DNA from: a virus
Length of the DNA stretch: 64,000 nt
IMG/VR virus record: IMGVR_UViG_3300043411_001639
Location: 32,001-96,000 of that record
Reading direction: 5' to 3' (one strand)
In this document: positions 25,870 through 36,220 of the stretch, in pieces
How the letters are laid out: the number at the start of each line of letters is the position of its first letter
Position numbering within the stretch: the first letter of the stretch is position 1
Notes under the pieces: model-generated
The model's database searches: none
Seen by the model: the letters and a program-made list of their open reading frames with translations, nothing else
What the model was told of the DNA's origin: nothing
Translations under genes and position numbers: made by a program

Positions 25870-25943
25870 TGAATCTGAATGAGTTTATATTTTTAAAGGA
25901 ACTAAAGAGTTACTTGGTTAGACCTAAAAACTATCAGTATTAA
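25869..25943 (+). pseudogene. 24-aa remnant consisting mostly of a capsid-targeting-like tag (MNLNEFIFLKE..)
   Basis: TGATG coupling to kinase 3; near-identical to the GNAT N-terminus. Confidence 0.55.
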
Positions 25944-26362
25944 GAGTTGATGAATTGATTTAATTTATTATTAAACTCAGTATCTTCTGGAAGTTTTGTT
26001 ACTATGATTTCTGTTGGATTGGGTTTGAATCTCTTCTCACCTTTGTTTACTAGTTGGTTATAAGCTAGGAACTCAGTGCTGCTTAGAGCTGTTAAAATAG
26101 TTTCCAGTGCTGTTTTAAGATAGACTAGTACCTTTGGATTTTTATAATCTAGCAAAGAAAGATCTAGTGTTAGAGCGGACATTAATCTAAAGTTAAAGTT
26201 GATAGGATTGATATTTTCTTCTATTAGTATCAGGTTTTGACTGTTTAAATCTTTGATGTTGTTAGGGAAGTTCCTGTTTAAGAAACCTACCAAACCAAGA
26301 ACTAGGAATAGTCTTAGTTTTAGTGACAGCACTGACAGTTTGTTTTTTATTGAAGTTATCAT
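25940..26362 (-). CDS. hypothetical protein with N-terminal hydrophobic segment
   Basis: 140-aa ORF. Confidence 0.65.
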   Translation of the reverse strand: MITSIKNKLSVLSLKLRLFLVLGLVGFLNRNFPNNIKDLNSQNLILIEENINPINFNFRLMSALTLDLSLLDYKNPKVLVYLKTALETILTALSSTEFLAYNQLVNKGEKRFKPNPTEIIVTKLPEDTEFNNKLNQFINS

Positions 26363-26373
26363 ATCTATAGTAT

Positions 26374-27183
26374 ATGAGTATTATAGCTGGTAACACAAAA
26401 CATGAAATTCCTGGTCTGAAAACAATCTGTTGGGAAGACAGTGCTACAGATCAGATTAAATATATCACAGATAAATCTGATAGAAAACAATGGATCAGAG
26501 GTATTGTATGTCATACTAACAAAGGGAAGACAGGAGTTGTTTTACCTGGAGTTGGTAGTGATAGCGGTCAAGCTGTTAAACTTGCTAGATATCAGACAAA
26601 CACAGACAGACAAGTAAGCTGGGATTTTACAGAAGAACAGGATGGTGTTTGGTATATTCAGAACGATGTATTAAAACACTATAGTTGGCAAGCTGGAATG
26701 GTTAACGGGGTTACTTGTGGATTTGAGATGGTACAAGGAGAAGATGGATCTGTCTACGAGATACAGATAAAGAATGCTGTATTGTTTATAGATTTTCTTA
26801 CTGCACGTCTTGGGATACAGAGACAGATACCATGGGACAAGAAAAAGGATAAACCTGCTAGTAAACCTATAAAGAGAATCAGTGAAGACAACGGAGTTGA
26901 TGTTGTGGGTATTTATGGACATAGAAACCAAACAGACAACAGAGGTTTTGGTGATCCAGGTGATCATATATTTTATGCTCTAAGAGATGCAGGTTATGAA
27001 CTGTTTGACTATGACAACCAAGAAGATCTTAATACCTGGAAAACAAGACAGACAGAGGTTCTTAGTTTAACTTCTGGAGTTGATGGTGTTTGCGGTCCTA
27101 AGACTGTTGAACTGTTAAAACAACATGGTTATAAACACGGTATGTGGGTTTCAAGACCTATGGATAGTTTGATACAGTTATAA
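26374..27183 (+). CDS. N-acetylmuramoyl-L-alanine amidase (amidase_2) with peptidoglycan-binding tail
   Basis: IVCHT, WQAG..N, GFE, YGHR..DPG; DGVCGPKT. Confidence 0.85.
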   Translation: MSIIAGNTKHEIPGLKTICWEDSATDQIKYITDKSDRKQWIRGIVCHTNKGKTGVVLPGVGSDSGQAVKLARYQTNTDRQVSWDFTEEQDGVWYIQNDVLKHYSWQAGMVNGVTCGFEMVQGEDGSVYEIQIKNAVLFIDFLTARLGIQRQIPWDKKKDKPASKPIKRISEDNGVDVVGIYGHRNQTDNRGFGDPGDHIFYALRDAGYELFDYDNQEDLNTWKTRQTEVLSLTSGVDGVCGPKTVELLKQHGYKHGMWVSRPMDSLIQL

Positions 27184-27204
27184 CAACTAGGGTAAACTAT
27201 AATC

Positions 27205-27456
27205 ATGATACCCAACACTAAGATAAGAAGAGAGTTCCAGAGAGTTAGTACAGATCCTCTGTTGTTCCAAGAAGTTATAAACCACCTGATAGTTTGGAAG
27301 GATTTAGCTACTGGTTTAACAGAAGAAAAACTTGATAAATCTATTAGGAGAAAAATCTACAAACCAGGATCTGATATTGAGAGAACGATGAATGGTGAAG
27401 AATACTGGACAGATCCAGTTACAGGAATTGAGCATAGATTGGTAGCGGTGAATTAA
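27205..27456 (+). CDS. hypothetical protein
   Basis: ORF track. Confidence 0.65.
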   Translation: MIPNTKIRREFQRVSTDPLLFQEVINHLIVWKDLATGLTEEKLDKSIRRKIYKPGSDIERTMNGEEYWTDPVTGIEHRLVAVN

Positions 27457-27458
27457 TA

Positions 27459-28229
27459 ATGATGACTCAAGATGAACAAAAACTATTATCAACCTATGCA
27501 GTGCCTAGTTGGTTAGATCCTCTAACAGAGATCAAACAACCTGATCAACCTGAATGGTTTAGTGAGTTAACCAAGGAAAGAAAGGCAGTTGAGTTTATTC
27601 ATTTGTCTTTGTTTTGTTTATATCCATTAGTTAGCCACAATATTGAAAGAGCATTCCAGGTTTGTTCTAATTCAATCTCTGAAACTGGATGGGGTAAAAC
27701 CTGGAGAGGTTGGAATTTTGGTGGTTGGAAAGTAAGACAATCTTGGGTTGAACAACACAGACAAGATCATCAGGGTAAAAACCCTAGTTGGTTTAGAGCT
27801 TTAGGACACGTTAAAAGTGGTGATGCTCCTGTTGTGTTTTATAGAGGGTTTAACTCTCCAGAAGAGTTCTATCAAGAGTGGGTTGACAAATTTATTCCAA
27901 GAATATCTCCTATAGATCATAGATACCATAAAACAGGTAAACAGTTCTGGTCTACAGAAGATGAACAATGGTTTCTTGAGTTATGTTTAGCTGGATATAA
28001 AGGTGAAGTAACTCAGGCAAAACCTGAAAAATCTTATGGTGATTTTAAACAAATAGTTAAAAGAGCAAAAACTCTGTTTGTACAAGATGTTTTAAACTTA
28101 GAAACTGATGGCAGTTGGGGTAAGATATCCAAACAAACAAGCAAAGAAGCTAATCTTGTTGATTTATTGCAAGGACACTGGTTGAGTGTTAATGAATTTA
28201 AACTGTTAGTTGATGAACTGAACAGCTAG
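27459..28229 (+). CDS. GH73/FlgJ-like glucosaminidase with peptidoglycan-binding tail
   Basis: ETGWG..NFGGWK..YRGFNSPEE..AGY; DGSWG. Confidence 0.7.
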   Translation: MMTQDEQKLLSTYAVPSWLDPLTEIKQPDQPEWFSELTKERKAVEFIHLSLFCLYPLVSHNIERAFQVCSNSISETGWGKTWRGWNFGGWKVRQSWVEQHRQDHQGKNPSWFRALGHVKSGDAPVVFYRGFNSPEEFYQEWVDKFIPRISPIDHRYHKTGKQFWSTEDEQWFLELCLAGYKGEVTQAKPEKSYGDFKQIVKRAKTLFVQDVLNLETDGSWGKISKQTSKEANLVDLLQGHWLSVNEFKLLVDELNS

Positions 28230-28510
28230 GCTAGGAGAATTTTTTTCTTAGGAATGTTTTGTTCTGATATTTGAACAGGTACTTTTGATCTATGTTTACC
28301 CACTACAGCAACTAAATCTCTCATGAATTCATTGTTCTCTAGTTCTAGAGACAAGCAATAAATCAAATAAACCATCTGTCTTTGTGACACACCAAAGTTT
28401 TTAATTTCTTTTATTATTTCCCTAACAACTTGTCTTTTCTCTGCTGATAGTTCCATTTCAATGTTAGGTTTTATGATATTGTTATCATCTTCGTTGTTGT
28501 TATCAATCAT
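28226..28510 (-). CDS. conserved hypothetical phage protein
   Basis: REIIKEIKNFGVSQRQ..LSLELEN. Confidence 0.75.
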   Translation of the reverse strand: MIDNNNEDDNNIIKPNIEMELSAEKRQVVREIIKEIKNFGVSQRQMVYLIYCLSLELENNEFMRDLVAVVGKHRSKVPVQISEQNIPKKKILLA

Positions 28511-28512
28511 TA

Positions 28513-28959
28513 TCAGTCTTCCTCTATGGTTGTTGTTCTAACTTGGAACAACTCTTTTCCAGCTATTAACAAGTATTTTACTAGTGTTTTCCCATCAAAC
28601 TGTTCTTTCTTAAGAACTATTAATTTGCCCCATAGTTCATGTTCAAAGATATATTTTGCTTCTTGCCATTCTACCAATGAAACTTTGTTGTTTTCTAGAA
28701 GCTTTCTTACTTGTTCTGGAAGTTCTAGTTTCATCTCTTCAATATTTGGGAGCATAGGAAAATCTTGTGTATCTTTTCCTATTTTTACAGATTGAAATAT
28801 TTCTATTATTTTATGAATGTTGCCACAGTTAGGACATTGAACATAGGAAGGAACCACTTCTCCCTTATTATCTATTAGAGATAATACTATAAATTTAAAC
28901 AGGTCTTGGTGTTGAGGGAGTATACAAACACACCCAACAGAATGTTTGATGAAATCCAT
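28513..28959 (-). CDS. zinc-ribbon hypothetical protein
   Basis: CVC..CPNCG..H. Confidence 0.75.
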   Translation of the reverse strand: MDFIKHSVGCVCILPQHQDLFKFIVLSLIDNKGEVVPSYVQCPNCGNIHKIIEIFQSVKIGKDTQDFPMLPNIEEMKLELPEQVRKLLENNKVSLVEWQEAKYIFEHELWGKLIVLKKEQFDGKTLVKYLLIAGKELFQVRTTTIEED

Positions 28960-28964
28960 AACAA

Positions 28965-29279
28965 TTATTTGGTGGGTTTGGTAGTTTTAGCAGAAGGTAG
29001 TTCTTCTTGTAGTTCTTTAACGAAAGAAACAATAGTTTTGTCAATGTTTTTTTGGAAAGCATCTAGATTGTTAACTAACATAGTTTTATTTGAAGTTTTT
29101 ACCATTTCAAGAACATCAGAAATCAAGTTTCTTTGAGCTGGATCTGTATATTTTCTCTCTGTGATGGTTTTAATGTTTACAAAATCAAACGTACCTTCTG
29201 TTATTTGGTTTGTTAGTTTAAAGATCTCTGCTTCAATTTTTGATTTTAGTTGTTGTTTTTGTTGTTCTAGGGTTGACAT
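28965..29279 (-). CDS. hypothetical protein
   Basis: part of the reverse-strand operon. Confidence 0.7.
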   Translation of the reverse strand: MSTLEQQKQQLKSKIEAEIFKLTNQITEGTFDFVNIKTITERKYTDPAQRNLISDVLEMVKTSNKTMLVNNLDAFQKNIDKTIVSFVKELQEELPSAKTTKPTK

Positions 29280-29287
29280 AGTTTATA

Positions 29288-29812
29288 TTATCTTGTGTGT
29301 TTGTCAGCAATTGTAAAGGCTGCAATGCTATCAGGCTTTAATTTACAGTCAAAACCTGAACTTACAACATAGGATTTTAGGTTGTCTGAAAATCCAGAAG
29401 TAAATTGTTTTGCTTCTTTTGGTGAAGCATCAATATGAATCTCTGATTTAAGTCCTATTTGGTCTTGTATTTGAGTTGCTAGATCAATACTGATAGTAGC
29501 TTCTTCAAACATTCTTGCTTGTTGATTACCTCTATATTGTTCCCTTGGTTTCCAGTTGACAGAGTAGAAATAGTTTCCTCCTTTACCTACCGTATACAAA
29601 CAAACAACAGAAATAAACCTGAACCTTAATCCCATGATGTTACTATCTGTACCAACATAAAGTTTTAAGTCTTCTTCATGTTTTAGTTTTGTTTGAGTTT
29701 TCAACCATTCAAACAGTTGAGTTTTGGTTATAGTTTCACTATCAGGATTTAACCAGATACTCAAACTTTCTATTGGAGGCTCTATGATTACTGGTTTTTT
29801 AGTGTTCTTCAT
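29288..29812 (-). CDS. RNase H-like YkuK family protein
   Basis: YVGTDS, RMFEEA, EIHID, LKPDSxAAxxIAD. Confidence 0.85.
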   Translation of the reverse strand: MKNTKKPVIIEPPIESLSIWLNPDSETITKTQLFEWLKTQTKLKHEEDLKLYVGTDSNIMGLRFRFISVVCLYTVGKGGNYFYSVNWKPREQYRGNQQARMFEEATISIDLATQIQDQIGLKSEIHIDASPKEAKQFTSGFSDNLKSYVVSSGFDCKLKPDSIAAFTIADKHTR

Positions 29813-30476
29813 TGGTTTTACTGCTATCTGTTTTTAAATTTACGTAGGTATTTGGATTTTGTCTTGTTCTAACTAAAAAATTACTTTTGATATATTGACA
29901 GTAATAATCTTTGCACATGTTTGGACGTTGTGAATAAATTGTACATACTCCTGATTTAACATTCAAGAATTTACAAACAAACCTCTGTCCATATACTTGT
30001 ATACGTAACATTGGATAAGATTTTTCATTTCTAAACACTGGATGATCATTGAACCATGTTTCACCTAGTAACTTACCTTCTTCATAATCTATTACTATAT
30101 CTTCTCTTGACAAGAACATTTTCTTGGTTGTTTTAAACCATTGTCTTATGTCTTCAATCCATTGTTCGTCTACTTTACCTAAAACGTGTTCAAGATCATT
30201 TGGATCTAGCATACAACAAGCACATTTTAATCCTTCATAACCACAACAGTTTTCTAAACATGTTTTCTTTGCTACCTCATCAGTAAATCTTTGTTTGTGA
30301 GGATTGTTTTCCCATTGAGTTGCATCATTAATATAAAGAACAGGTAGGTGATATTTGTTTAATACTTTTTGTGGTTGTTCAACTTCATTAACAACTTCTA
30401 CAGGTTGTGATTCAGGAATTTTCCTAATTATCCTGTCTGTTGAGATTAACAATTTTCTTTTTTGAACATCAGGCAT
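29799..30476 (-). CDS. YkgJ-family Cys-cluster (Fe/Zn) protein
   Basis: CACC..CKFL..CTIYSQRPNMCKDYYC. Confidence 0.8.
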   Translation of the reverse strand: MPDVQKRKLLISTDRIIRKIPESQPVEVVNEVEQPQKVLNKYHLPVLYINDATQWENNPHKQRFTDEVAKKTCLENCCGYEGLKCACCMLDPNDLEHVLGKVDEQWIEDIRQWFKTTKKMFLSREDIVIDYEEGKLLGETWFNDHPVFRNEKSYPMLRIQVYGQRFVCKFLNVKSGVCTIYSQRPNMCKDYYCQYIKSNFLVRTRQNPNTYVNLKTDSSKTNEEH

Positions 30477-30498
30477 TTCTCACCACGATACTTATAGC

Positions 30499-31854
30499 AT
30501 GAATAACATGCAACTACAAGAAGAGATAAATTTAAACAGACTAAAACAAGAAACAGAGTTCAACAAAGTTTTCATAGAAAACAACTTGTTCTTTCTTGAT
30601 AATATTGAGGAACTCCAACAGAGTTTAACAGAACAGATAGAAACTGCTGAACAAGCTCTTGAATTTTATAATCTTCCAAAGATAAAAAATCATACTCAGA
30701 AACTTTGGGAACAACTAGCTGAATCTATTGCTCAAGGAGAACAAGAAAAAACCATAGGTTCTATCTGTGAGATATTTAATACTTATGCTTGTATAGCAGA
30801 TGAATTAGATGAAGAAAGAAAACTAGTTCTTGAAAGTAAAAACAACTGGTTTAAATTCAGCCTAAAACCTGAACTAGTACAAGAGTTAACTTCTACACTA
30901 GATTCCAGCCAGAAGCAACAACTGTCAGAACAACTAGAATCAGTTAAGCATCCAGTTTTAATGGAACAACTAGAGTTCTTACAAGAAAAAGTAACCACTG
31001 AAAACATTCAAGAACTACAACAAGCTGTTGCAGCATTAACCAAACTTGTTAAGAGTTTTCCTAAACTTGGTGAAATTAACAAACTTGTTCAGAAAACAAA
31101 TGTTGAGGTTGTTAACATGATCAGAAATAAAGGGTTTTTAAGCTCATTTAATCTTTCTGCTACAAGACTTGCTGGGAAAATAACATTTGTTTATGATGGT
31201 TTATATGAATTTTTTGTTCAAGATTTACCTTTAATACTAAATCTTCCTGATATGGAAGCAACAAAATTAAATCCAGATCAAGATTTATTAACATCTCTAG
31301 GCCAGAATTCAAAAAAAGTTGAAGAGATGATAAAAGGAAGAATTGAACCAACAACCCTATCAAAACTTCTACAATTTGTTGGTTCAGGTGGGACTAAACC
31401 TTCAATTGGATCAATGATTAATTTAAATCAATTTGCTAGAGAGATGCTAGAACTCACATACACTGAGATAGAGAGTTTAACAAAATATGGTCAAGCATTA
31501 CCAAAACCCCTAGCTGCTCCTAAACCAGAACAACCAAAGCCTGGAGAAACTCAACAACCTAGTGGTCAAGAACAACCCCTACCAACTATTCCTCCAGAAT
31601 GGAGTAATCAACCCACAACACCTGATAAACTTGAGACCATTAAAAAAGCTACCAAAGAAGATTCTGGACAGATGATCATTAATTTTAGAGATAATAAGGG
31701 TCAACCTCTTCCAGATAATGAAATGGTTAAATTATTAAAACTTCCCAAAGAACAACTGGTACAAATTCTTGATAAACTAGCAGAGAAGAACAATACACCA
31801 ACCCCCCCATCTTCACCACCTACCCCTAATGCTCCTGGTTCAACAGGAAACTAA
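30499..31854 (+). CDS. probable virion core/scaffold-like protein with Pro-rich C-terminus
   Basis: helical E/Q/L-rich sequence with many LxE sites; ATACTTA motif upstream. Confidence 0.55.
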   Translation: MNNMQLQEEINLNRLKQETEFNKVFIENNLFFLDNIEELQQSLTEQIETAEQALEFYNLPKIKNHTQKLWEQLAESIAQGEQEKTIGSICEIFNTYACIADELDEERKLVLESKNNWFKFSLKPELVQELTSTLDSSQKQQLSEQLESVKHPVLMEQLEFLQEKVTTENIQELQQAVAALTKLVKSFPKLGEINKLVQKTNVEVVNMIRNKGFLSSFNLSATRLAGKITFVYDGLYEFFVQDLPLILNLPDMEATKLNPDQDLLTSLGQNSKKVEEMIKGRIEPTTLSKLLQFVGSGGTKPSIGSMINLNQFAREMLELTYTEIESLTKYGQALPKPLAAPKPEQPKPGETQQPSGQEQPLPTIPPEWSNQPTTPDKLETIKKATKEDSGQMIINFRDNKGQPLPDNEMVKLLKLPKEQLVQILDKLAEKNNTPTPPSSPPTPNAPGSTGN

Positions 31855-33125
31855 ATATTTTCTAAAACTATAGCTCCACCAGTCTGATCAATCAACAATT
31901 TTTTAAGTTTCTCTCCAAACAACCAACCCAACTTTAAACTAACAACGGGAACTATCTTCTTGATAGATTTCAAGTATCCTGGTTTCACAACTCCATAGTG
32001 GTTCATTAAGACTGTTTTAACTTTTCTTAGAACTGTTTCTGTAATTGACTGATATTGTTTCAGTGTTAGAGTATCAGTTTCAGGGAACTTGAGAACTACA
32101 GTTTTTGACAACAAAGTTTTTACCCTTTTATCTAATAAATTCTTTATATCAGCAAGTTGATGGTTATCACGTTTTTGTATTAGTTCATTAACTGTTTGAA
32201 TAACATTATGTTCGGTTTTTTGATTAGTTATACAAACTTGTTTTGTTAATTTGTTAATCATGATACCATCAATCACTGGAAGTTCGGAATAGTCAGTCCA
32301 GATGATTTGTTGACCTTTTAAACTTGAGACAACATCCCCTCCACAAACTGCTGCCACATCATTTAAAACATTTAATCCCTCAAGGGAAGGTTCTAATTTT
32401 AATGGATAGATAAAAAATCTTTCTTGTTTGTTGTTAGCAAGAATAGTAGCTAAAACTTCTTCACTAAAACCTTGAGCAAATATAACCAGAGGTTGTTTCG
32501 TTTGAGAACATTTAGTAAATATATTCTCTAGTTCACTAACTCTTTCAATGCTCCCATCTACAAGAAGAACTTTTAGTGGTTCTTTAGATTCCCAACCATC
32601 AAAAAAAGGAAGTGGTTTCAAACTATCAAACCAGTAACCATTTTTAAGTTCAATAAAAAACTTGTTGGTTTTTGTTGTTTCAGGACTTATAACTATCTGA
32701 TATTCTAATCCAGCTAAAGTTATTACCTGCTCTAAAACTTTAACAAGTTTTTTGTGTTCTTGACATTCTTGTTTGATAATGGTTTTAATGGTTTTATTAG
32801 TTACAGGTTCAATCCAACGTTCAAGTTCTTTAGATACCTGTTCATAAGTTTTATTAGAAATAAATCCTAACAAGGTATAAAAACAACCTTCAGCTACTAA
32901 ATTTTCAGCTTTTAAAAGTTCGTTGATTAGAACAGAATTTAAAACCAATTCTGTTCTTGTGGTTGGTTTTAGAAGTTTTAATATTGTTTGATAATTGTTT
33001 GTGGATAATATTCCAGAGTTTTCAGAAAGTAGGGTTGAACGAGTAATTATTGTTTCTTTTAAAATGGATAGATTTAACAAGAAATAATTTTGAATATCAT
33101 CATTGTCTACGAACATAGTTTTCAT
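31851..33125 (-). CDS. divergent GroEL/Cpn60-like chaperonin
   Basis: PLVIFAQGFSEEVLATILAN and LNDVAAVCGGDVVS apical motifs; no GDGTTT. Confidence 0.75.
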   Translation of the reverse strand: MKTMFVDNDDIQNYFLLNLSILKETIITRSTLLSENSGILSTNNYQTILKLLKPTTRTELVLNSVLINELLKAENLVAEGCFYTLLGFISNKTYEQVSKELERWIEPVTNKTIKTIIKQECQEHKKLVKVLEQVITLAGLEYQIVISPETTKTNKFFIELKNGYWFDSLKPLPFFDGWESKEPLKVLLVDGSIERVSELENIFTKCSQTKQPLVIFAQGFSEEVLATILANNKQERFFIYPLKLEPSLEGLNVLNDVAAVCGGDVVSSLKGQQIIWTDYSELPVIDGIMINKLTKQVCITNQKTEHNVIQTVNELIQKRDNHQLADIKNLLDKRVKTLLSKTVVLKFPETDTLTLKQYQSITETVLRKVKTVLMNHYGVVKPGYLKSIKKIVPVVSLKLGWLFGEKLKKLLIDQTGGAIVLENI

Positions 33126-33151
33126 ATTTTATACTTAGATTTATATTCTAT

Positions 33152-33730
33152 ATGGCAGAAACAGATTTGACAATCAAAGTTTTCTCTGAACTACAAGAGA
33201 TAAAATCAGCTATTAAAAAAGGTCCTGATGGAATGGAAAAATTTGCTGTCAATGTAGAGCATCTAACTAAAAAAGTTGATGAAGGAGTTGCTGTAACAAA
33301 AGGGTTAGAATCAAAACTTTATGAACCAACAACAGGTATTTATGCTCGTTTACAATCTCTTGAGATTGAACAAAAAAACCATGTTATAGATGATGCTGCT
33401 GATCACCAAAAACACTATGATTTTCTAAAAGAAAACAATGAAAGATCAAAAAGAGAGTCGGCGGAGTTTGAAAAAGATCTTATAACTCTTAAAACAGATA
33501 TAAATAAAATACAAAACTCTGTTAATAAAATTGAAGAGAACAACACCGAAGATACTAAAAAAATTATAGTAAAAATTAAAGAAATCGGTGGAGGCGAGGG
33601 CTTAGTTGAACTGGAAACTATTATCAAATTCAAAAAAAATTTTGACAAACTGTTTTGGTTGCTTTTAACCGGGGTTATAACCACTCTAGGAAAATTCATT
33701 TTTGATCTCATCAATTCACATAATCGTTAG
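33152..33730 (+). CDS. coiled-coil protein with C-terminal transmembrane helix
   Basis: LFWLLLTGVITTLGKFIF. Confidence 0.7.
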   Translation: MAETDLTIKVFSELQEIKSAIKKGPDGMEKFAVNVEHLTKKVDEGVAVTKGLESKLYEPTTGIYARLQSLEIEQKNHVIDDAADHQKHYDFLKENNERSKRESAEFEKDLITLKTDINKIQNSVNKIEENNTEDTKKIIVKIKEIGGGEGLVELETIIKFKKNFDKLFWLLLTGVITTLGKFIFDLINSHNR

Positions 33731-33782
33731 ACATTTGTATCCAAACAGTATATAAATTAATACTAAAGGACACAAAAACACT

Positions 33783-34034
33783 ATGGAACCAAGATCAACA
33801 CAAGAACTTTACGAAGAACTAAAAGCAGCTTTTGCATCACTAGAAAAAGATGTTAAGAAAAACTCTGAAAAACATAACTGCTCCGCAGGAGTTAGAGTTA
33901 GGCTAGGACTTCTTCAACTAGAAAAAGCTTCAAAAGAATTACGTAGAGCCGCTTTAGCTGCTGACAAAGCAACAAAAGTTACCAGAACAGAAAAGAGAGC
34001 TGCAAAACCAGTACCTGCTCCTCCAGTAGTTTGA
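33783..34034 (+). CDS. histone H1-like Hc1 family nucleoid protein
   Basis: NCSAGVRVRLGLLQLEKASKELR matches the Hc1 core; basic tail. Confidence 0.75.
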   Translation: MEPRSTQELYEELKAAFASLEKDVKKNSEKHNCSAGVRVRLGLLQLEKASKELRRAALAADKATKVTRTEKRAAKPVPAPPVV

Positions 34035-34069
34035 TAGTTCACCTTCTAATTAAAAAGGTATGAAGATAT

Positions 34070-34107
34070 AAAAGGCAAGAGAATAAAAACTCTTGCCTTT
34101 TCTTTTT
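34070..34107 (+). terminator. intrinsic terminator
   Basis: AAAAGGCAAGAG/CTCTTGCCTTTT stem followed by a T tract. Confidence 0.8.
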
Positions 34108-34133
34108 CAGAAAGAAATAGAGACCAAATAACA

Positions 34134-35501
34134 ATGCAAAAGAAGATGTATGTACTTGACACAAATGTTTTATTATCTGATGGAAACGCTATCACAAGTT
34201 TTCAAGAGAATGATATAGTAATTCCATTTATAGTAGTTGAAGAACTTGATAAACACAAATCAAGACAAGATGAAGCGGGAAAAGAAGCAAGAGAAACAGT
34301 AAGAAAACTAGATGGACTGATGAAAAAACATCCAGATAAAGATCCAAAAAATGGTATCCCAATCAATGATCTTGGAGCCAAACTTTATATCTTGTCTTTA
34401 AAAAATCTTTCTGTTGTTGAAGAAAATCTTTATTTTAAATCTGATGTTGATGTGTTAAAAAACAATGCTGATAATATCATCCTAGAATTTTGTATAGCAT
34501 TACAAAAGCAGTTTAATTCTGTTCTTTGTGTACTAGTCAGTCAAGATGTATTATTAAACATCAAAGCCAAACAGCTTGGAATAGCCTCAGAATCCTTCAA
34601 AAAAATAAAAGCTACAGATACTGCTGATCATATATTCTCGGGCTGTCTAAGCCTTGCAAATGAATATTTTGACATAGATAAAATATACAGCAACCCAATG
34701 TGTGTTCTTGACTATGTTGGAGATAACAAACTATATTCAAATCAATTTATAGTTGTTAAAAACTCTTTAACACATCAAAGTGCTATGTTAAGATGTGGTT
34801 TGAAACCTTATGAAAACATCAGACTAGCTGGTGATAATTTATCAGCAGGTAAACTAAAAGCAAGAAACAAAGAACAAAACTTTGCTCTTGAATTACTAAT
34901 GGATGACAGTGTTAAGTTAGTAACTCTAATTGGAACTGCTGGAACAGGTAAAACATTATGTGCTATTGCTGCTGGATATGAACAAGTGTTGGGAGGTTCA
35001 AGAGCCTTTAAATCTTTACTTGTTTCAAGACCAGTTCATCCAATGGGGAGAGATATTGGTTTCCTTCCAGGAATGATTTCAGAAAAAATGGAACCTTGGA
35101 TAGCCCCTATTAAAGATAACCTAAGATTTTTGATAGGAGATGGTACCAAATCAAAATCTACAGAAGAAACCCTGAACCATTTGATGGAAAAAGGACTGAT
35201 TGAAGTTGAAGTTATTGCTTACATCAGAGGAAGATCTATTCCAAAAGCTTTCATGATCATTGATGAAGCACAAAACTTGTCAGGTCATGAACTTAAAACT
35301 ATTATCACAAGATGTGGTGAAGGTACTAAAATAGTTTTAACAGGTGATATTGAACAAATTGACAACCTGTCCGTTGACGCTACTACAAATGCTCTTACTA
35401 TTGCTGTTGAGAAATTCAAAGATTCACCTCTAGCTGGTCACGTTACTTTAGTTAAAGGTGAAAGAAGCCAACTAGCTACTGAAGCTGCTAAAATACTCTG
35501 A
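34134..35501 (+). CDS. phoH: PIN-PhoH (PhoH2/YlaK-type) ATPase
   Basis: VLDTNVLL PIN domain; GTAGTGKT, DIGFLPG, IRGRS, IIDEAQN, GDIEQID. Confidence 0.95.
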   Translation: MQKKMYVLDTNVLLSDGNAITSFQENDIVIPFIVVEELDKHKSRQDEAGKEARETVRKLDGLMKKHPDKDPKNGIPINDLGAKLYILSLKNLSVVEENLYFKSDVDVLKNNADNIILEFCIALQKQFNSVLCVLVSQDVLLNIKAKQLGIASESFKKIKATDTADHIFSGCLSLANEYFDIDKIYSNPMCVLDYVGDNKLYSNQFIVVKNSLTHQSAMLRCGLKPYENIRLAGDNLSAGKLKARNKEQNFALELLMDDSVKLVTLIGTAGTGKTLCAIAAGYEQVLGGSRAFKSLLVSRPVHPMGRDIGFLPGMISEKMEPWIAPIKDNLRFLIGDGTKSKSTEETLNHLMEKGLIEVEVIAYIRGRSIPKAFMIIDEAQNLSGHELKTIITRCGEGTKIVLTGDIEQIDNLSVDATTNALTIAVEKFKDSPLAGHVTLVKGERSQLATEAAKIL

Positions 35502-35520
35502 CATGTTTTCTACTTAAGAT

Positions 35521-36198
35521 GTGTCACAACTAACCTCTCTTAATAAATCCCACTATAGAAAAACGTATTCAAAACTAGGACATCATAAACCTGTCATTTT
35601 AAATCTTGACAGACAGTATGATATTAATCACATGGTATTTGATAGAAACCATCTATCTTTACCTTGTGCGCCTAATCTTGGAGTAACTTCCAGTATTTAT
35701 TATGCTGAGTATGAAGAAGGTTATGTTTATTTTAATAATGAAACGGAAGTTCAGACTTTTTTCACAACAACTTTCACTGATGAACCTTTTACAATAATTG
35801 AAATACTTCCAGCTTCAGGATTAGAAAACATTAATTTTTCTATCTACCAAACAACACCTGTAAAATTTGTCATAAACACTTCTGCTAATTTTACAGGTTG
35901 GTTTAAGTATTATTCTGTTCATTCTGCGCTAGGATATCCAACAACAGTTTTATCAGGTGCTATTCCTAAAGAATGTACTGCTGGTTCATTAACTATAGTT
36001 AGTGCTGATACCGTTTCACAATCCTTAATTCCTTCATGCTCAGTTGTTCCAACCACCAGTAGCTTCTGTCTATATGAGACTGTATTAGATTTAGGTAGCA
36101 GCTTTTTCTCTGGTAGTATAAATTCTTCTGGTAGTTTCTTGACCGGGAGTTTTTCAGCCAATTATACAAACAAGATCAACTATATTAATTTGGTTTAA
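35521..36198 (+). CDS. Ser/Thr-rich structural protein
   Basis: SGS/TGS-rich; CTACTTA motif upstream. Confidence 0.65.
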   Translation: MSQLTSLNKSHYRKTYSKLGHHKPVILNLDRQYDINHMVFDRNHLSLPCAPNLGVTSSIYYAEYEEGYVYFNNETEVQTFFTTTFTDEPFTIIEILPASGLENINFSIYQTTPVKFVINTSANFTGWFKYYSVHSALGYPTTVLSGAIPKECTAGSLTIVSADTVSQSLIPSCSVVPTTSSFCLYETVLDLGSSFFSGSINSSGSFLTGSFSANYTNKINYINLV

Positions 36199-36220
36199 CT
36201 CATAGTTATTTTAGGATAAT

